Shown one piece after another: positions 7,438 to 10,827 of a stretch of DNA of 10,827 nt. The notes under the pieces were generated by a model. That model was given only the letters and a program-made list of their open reading frames with translations. It was not told the origin of the DNA and ran no database searches. The position numbers were made by a program, and so were the translations under genes. The DNA is from Candidatus Micrarchaeaceae archaeon (GTDB lineage Archaea; Micrarchaeota; Micrarchaeia; Micrarchaeales; CABMGC01). The DNA lies in contig JAVZVY010000021.1 of NCBI GenBank assembly GCA_038878295.1, positions 1-10,827 on the forward strand. The letters run 5' to 3'. How positions within the stretch are numbered: the first letter of the stretch is position 1; each line of letters begins with the position of its first letter.

Positions 7438-8793
7438 GTGTTGCAGGACGGTGCCAAAACCAAGGCATACTCAATTGAGAAGCTGCCCATGGGCAGATTC
7501 GTATGGTGGGTCACTATTCTCTCATCTATGGGCATGTTCATGGACGGATACGTGCTCACTATATTCTCCGCAGCGACGATACTGCCGATAGGGCTGAAGA
7601 GCGTTTTCCAGCCGACAAGCCTTGAGTGGGGCCTCATGGGCGCCGCATCGCTTCTGGGCATGTTTGTCGGCGCAGCTACATTTGGTAACCTTGCTGACAG
7701 GATTGGCAGGAAAAGGTTGTATGTATACGACCTCAGCATGACTGCGCTCTTCTTATTCCTGACAGTCTTCTCTACAAGCTGGCTCATGTTCTTCATTTTC
7801 CAGTTCATTGCTGGCATTGGAGTTGGCGCTGACTATCCAATAAGTTCATCTTTGCAGGCTGAATTTTCTCCGAAAGCCAAGCGTGGCGCATTGCTTGTAC
7901 TGAACATATTTATGTGGACTGTAGGCAGCATTGCCTTCCTGCTATTGTCAATACCGCTGTACTATGCCGGCGCGGCTGGCTGGAAGATCATGTACGGCAC
8001 TGCTGCTATAATTCCGCTGTTTGTAATCATATCGAGGAATACGCTGCCTGAATCGCCGAGGTGGCTCATGCTCAAGGGCATGAAAGAAGAACTTGCAAGG
8101 GCTGTGAAGCAGGTCTCGCAGGCTGTAGGCGCCATGCCTAGCAGGCTCATGGAAGGCGTTAGACTCGAAAGAGGCAAAACGTCGTTCAGAGAGCTCTTTT
8201 CAAAAAGGTTTATCCTGCTTACTCTCTTCACAACAATCGCTTGGTTTTCCTATGACGTCTCGAGCTATGGCGTATGGACCTTTACTCCGTCAATATTCGT
8301 TAGTGCTGGTGGCACATATGTAAGCTCCATAGTGGCCGACCTGCTTGAAGAGGTGCCTGTCTTCATAGGCTTTGCGCTCTGCATCGCATTAGTGGAGAGG
8401 GTTGGAAGGAAGCCGCTAGAGGAATATGGCTTCCTGCTTGCAGGAATTACGCTCGTTCTGTTCGCGGCATATGCCCATTTCACAGCAAAGCCAATTTTCT
8501 TCGTCGCGTTCTTCGGCTTTGCCTTTATGCATATCTTCCACAACCTTGGCCCGACTAACCTTACATATGCATACCCTGCCGAGGCATATCCCACTAGGCT
8601 AAGGGGTACGGCCCATGGTTTCGCCACAACAGTCAGCAGGCTAGGCGGAGTATTGGGCATTGTAGCATTTCCAGTGCTGTTAAGTTCACTGAGCCTTTCA
8701 GCGGCACTGCTGATGTTTGCTGCATTTGAATTCATTGGTTTTACTGTCACGCGCCTGTGGGCGCCTGAGACAAAAGGCAGCGCGCTGAGATAG
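7438..8793 (+). CDS. MFS transporter (sugar porter / YaaU / phosphate:H+ symporter-like)
   Basis: MDGY, motif A GNLADRIGRK, GIGVGADYPISS, PESPRWL, VERVGRK, AEAYPTRLRG and PETKG. The start is probably GTG 7438 or TTG 7441 (GGTG SD at 7429-7432, TATA-like ATATTTATT near 7397-7405) rather than TTG 7366. Confidence 0.9.
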   Translation: MLQDGAKTKAYSIEKLPMGRFVWWVTILSSMGMFMDGYVLTIFSAATILPIGLKSVFQPTSLEWGLMGAASLLGMFVGAATFGNLADRIGRKRLYVYDLSMTALFLFLTVFSTSWLMFFIFQFIAGIGVGADYPISSSLQAEFSPKAKRGALLVLNIFMWTVGSIAFLLLSIPLYYAGAAGWKIMYGTAAIIPLFVIISRNTLPESPRWLMLKGMKEELARAVKQVSQAVGAMPSRLMEGVRLERGKTSFRELFSKRFILLTLFTTIAWFSYDVSSYGVWTFTPSIFVSAGGTYVSSIVADLLEEVPVFIGFALCIALVERVGRKPLEEYGFLLAGITLVLFAAYAHFTAKPIFFVAFFGFAFMHIFHNLGPTNLTYAYPAEAYPTRLRGTAHGFATTVSRLGGVLGIVAFPVLLSSLSLSAALLMFAAFEFIGFTVTRLWAPETKGSALR

Positions 8794-8846
8794 CGCAAAG
8801 CAAAAGGCATAAAAACAGAAAATAAACAATTTATACTGCGTATTGC

Positions 8847-9233
8847 ATGAACGATGGATTGAATGCGACGCTGGAGGTTAGCCCAAAAAATCTTAAGCCG
8901 TTCATGTCCAACGAGGTGCAGCTCACCATAAGGCTCGATGCGCCAGCTAATGCGCCAAGATACTGGGCTGAAGCCATAATAGAGGTGCCTCATATGTTTT
9001 CTCTGCAACCCGGCGCGGAGGTTGAGAGAAGCAGAACGCTGCTTGGAATAATTGGCGGAGGCGGCGCTGCTAGAGAAAAAAAGATAAGAATATTCACTCT
9101 GAATTCGATATATCCAGACACATACAAGGTCAGGGTAACGTTCTTTGTCTATGCTGAAGACGGGGTCATAGCTGAACGCAAGGAGGCATTTGCTGAGATC
9201 GAATGCGGTGATCGCAACGCCGAAATATTATAA
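8847..9233 (+). CDS. Hypothetical protein, predicted Ig-like beta-sandwich with no signal peptide
   Basis: 128-aa ORF with ATG start that fills the gap between genes in the same orientation. It has alternating beta-strand patterns (VQLTIRLD, KKIRIFT, PDTYKVRVTFFVY). Confidence 0.75.
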   Translation: MNDGLNATLEVSPKNLKPFMSNEVQLTIRLDAPANAPRYWAEAIIEVPHMFSLQPGAEVERSRTLLGIIGGGGAAREKKIRIFTLNSIYPDTYKVRVTFFVYAEDGVIAERKEAFAEIECGDRNAEIL

Positions 9234-9450
9234 GATTTATAGCGCGAAGCATAATGAGATGCTTTACCTTACCGTTGACGACAGCGGCGCTGTAATAATA
9301 AGGGACGAGGCTGGCCACAAGGTCTTTCTTTCTAGATATCAGGCCAGGCTTATGAAATTCGGGATAAAGAGCTTGCTTAAGAATCTTTTTGGTAACGAAG
9401 ACTCTTCTGACGTGAAAATAGAGGAGCTCAAGGAGCCAAAATTTAGATGA
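9208..9450 (+). CDS. Small hypothetical protein (about 77-86 aa), start uncertain
   Basis: Overlaps the upstream ORF and stops 4 nt before pfdB. Candidate starts are TTG 9190, GTG 9208, ACG 9217 (5 nt after GGTGA) and ATG 9259. Confidence 0.7.
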   Translation: MIATPKYYKIYSAKHNEMLYLTVDDSGAVIIRDEAGHKVFLSRYQARLMKFGIKSLLKNLFGNEDSSDVKIEELKEPKFR

Positions 9451-9454
9451 GTAA

Positions 9455-9805
9455 ATGGAGAACCAAAATCCAAACGAGAACATAGAAAAGCTTGCGAAGG
9501 ATTATCAACTCGTGCAGGAACAGCTGCGTAACACGAAGCTTCAGCTGGAACAGCTTCAGATACAGCAAACAGAGCTTAGCATGGCGGAAACTGAGGTAAA
9601 GAATGCAACAGGCAAAATCTACAGGACTATCGGCGGCGTTATAGTGGAATCAGACAAAGAGTCTTCGCTCAAGGATATAGCCGAGAAGAAGGAGACGACC
9701 GAACTTCACGTGCAGCGGCTCAACAAGCAGCTCAGCGAACTTAACAAAAAGGAAGCCGAACTACGGAATATGATACTTCAGTTGCAGAAAGGGGGAAGCG
9801 TTTGA
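9455..9805 (+). CDS. pfdB: Prefoldin subunit beta
   Basis: 116 aa of Q/E/K-rich coiled coils flanking a single hairpin, KIYRTIGGVIVE. It lies directly upstream of a DHH gene, as is common in archaea. Confidence 0.9.
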   Translation: MENQNPNENIEKLAKDYQLVQEQLRNTKLQLEQLQIQQTELSMAETEVKNATGKIYRTIGGVIVESDKESSLKDIAEKKETTELHVQRLNKQLSELNKKEAELRNMILQLQKGGSV

Positions 9806-10800
9806 TGGCGCTGGTCGGATTTGATTACATTCTAAATCTGCTGCGTGAAAATAAAGACAAAAATTTTTTGATAACTTTCCACTCCATAGGCGACAGAGAT
9901 GGAGTCGGCTCTGCAATAGCTCTTTCCACGTATCTTAAAAATTCAACAATAGTGACGCCAGATTTTATAACAAATAATGCAAAGCACATGCTCGAAGCTG
10001 TGGGCTACACGAAAAAAATAGAGAATATTTTTCCAGATGGCTTTGACTTCGCAATTGTTCTTGATACAAACAACTTTGAGTCAACTGGTGACTTCGCTGA
10101 TAAACTAAGGCGCTCCAAAAATGTTGTATTTATAGACCACCACCTGCCTAAACCAGGCATGGGCGACAATTCGGTTGTTTATTCTGACGAAAGCTACAAC
10201 TCCACATCGAGTATAGTATATGATCTCCTCAAAAAACTAAATGCTGGCGTTGACGTGCAAACGTCGATTCTTCTGCTGAATGGGATAATATCTGATTCTG
10301 CCGATTTTCAGAATGCAACCTCTGAAACTTTCATACAGATAGGCGAGTTGCTGAAAATAGCGGGAATAAGCTACAGTGACATATTAGAATACTTCCACGC
10401 GCGGATACCCTTAAACAACAGATACGCGCTTATAAACGACATATTTGCGTCAAACGCAGAGATTGTCGGCAAGTATATCATTGTTTATGGGCCGTCGTCT
10501 GTGCACGCAAACATAGCTGCAGACATGGCCATAAAAATAGGCGCAGATGCGTCTCTTTTCTGGACCATAACCGAACGTGAGGTAGCGCTTTCGGCAAGAC
10601 TAAGGCCGCCATTGGACGCAAAGCTTTCTTTGCATCTTGGCGCAACAATGCAGAAAGTCGGAGCAATCATAAACGGGAATGGAGGGGGCCACCCCTGCGC
10701 AGCAGGCGCCTACGGCCCAAGTAAGGATGCGCTGCCAAACGCCATAGGCGAAGTCCTCGGCGAAATAAAATACAAATTTGCTGAGGGCTCCAGATCCTGA
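9805..10800 (+). CDS. DHH/DHHA1 family phosphoesterase (NrnA-like oligoribonuclease / pAp phosphatase)
   Basis: HSIGDRDGVGSA (motif I), VLDT, FIDHH, GIISDS, SAR and GGGHPCAAG. The TGATG junction couples it to pfdB (ATG 9805). Confidence 0.9.
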   Translation: MALVGFDYILNLLRENKDKNFLITFHSIGDRDGVGSAIALSTYLKNSTIVTPDFITNNAKHMLEAVGYTKKIENIFPDGFDFAIVLDTNNFESTGDFADKLRRSKNVVFIDHHLPKPGMGDNSVVYSDESYNSTSSIVYDLLKKLNAGVDVQTSILLLNGIISDSADFQNATSETFIQIGELLKIAGISYSDILEYFHARIPLNNRYALINDIFASNAEIVGKYIIVYGPSSVHANIAADMAIKIGADASLFWTITEREVALSARLRPPLDAKLSLHLGATMQKVGAIINGNGGGHPCAAGAYGPSKDALPNAIGEVLGEIKYKFAEGSRS

Positions 10801-10827
10801 CCCTGGGCTGACGCCAAATAGTGCAGG

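Noticed and set aside
8265..9008. 247-aa minus-strand ORF
   Set aside because: Antisense shadow of the MFS gene and the next ORF, with no recognisable motifs.
9166..9483. 105-aa minus-strand ORF as an alternative to the small plus-strand ORF
   Set aside because: The plus-strand ORF fits the operon geometry and SD. The minus-strand ORF overlaps both neighbouring genes.
9805..10800. pfdB-DHH pair as a novel defence or signalling system
   Set aside because: This adjacency is a known conserved archaeal arrangement, and no cyclase or effector genes are visible in the window.
10801..10827. Sequence after the DHH stop
   Set aside because: Too short to assign a terminator or a gene.

Overview
Gene-dense archaeal housekeeping region, most consistent with a Micrarchaeota (ARMAN-1/-2-like, DPANN) genome. 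The key marker is a 386-aa tRNA splicing endonuclease with the three-unit epsilon2 architecture and an ARMAN-specific-loop-like GSYKIADH segment. Gene order: 5'-truncated pth2 (+), ilvE (-), dcd (+), PRC-barrel/CdpB-like gene (-), endA (-), taw1 (+), UPF0104/flippase-like membrane gene (+), dph5 (-), radA (-), MFS transporter (+), two uncharacterised ORFs (+), pfdB (+) and a DHH/DHHA1 phosphoesterase (+). I found no RNA genes, CRISPR arrays, mobile elements or inteins, and cannot support a wholly new system. The best leads are the divergent endA/taw1 tRNA-maturation pair with a possibly shared TATA, two unknown ORFs coupled to pfdB-DHH (one with a possible ACG start), a Sulfolobales-like dcd, and small palindromic candidate operators. 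All family assignments come from recognised motifs; no database search was run.
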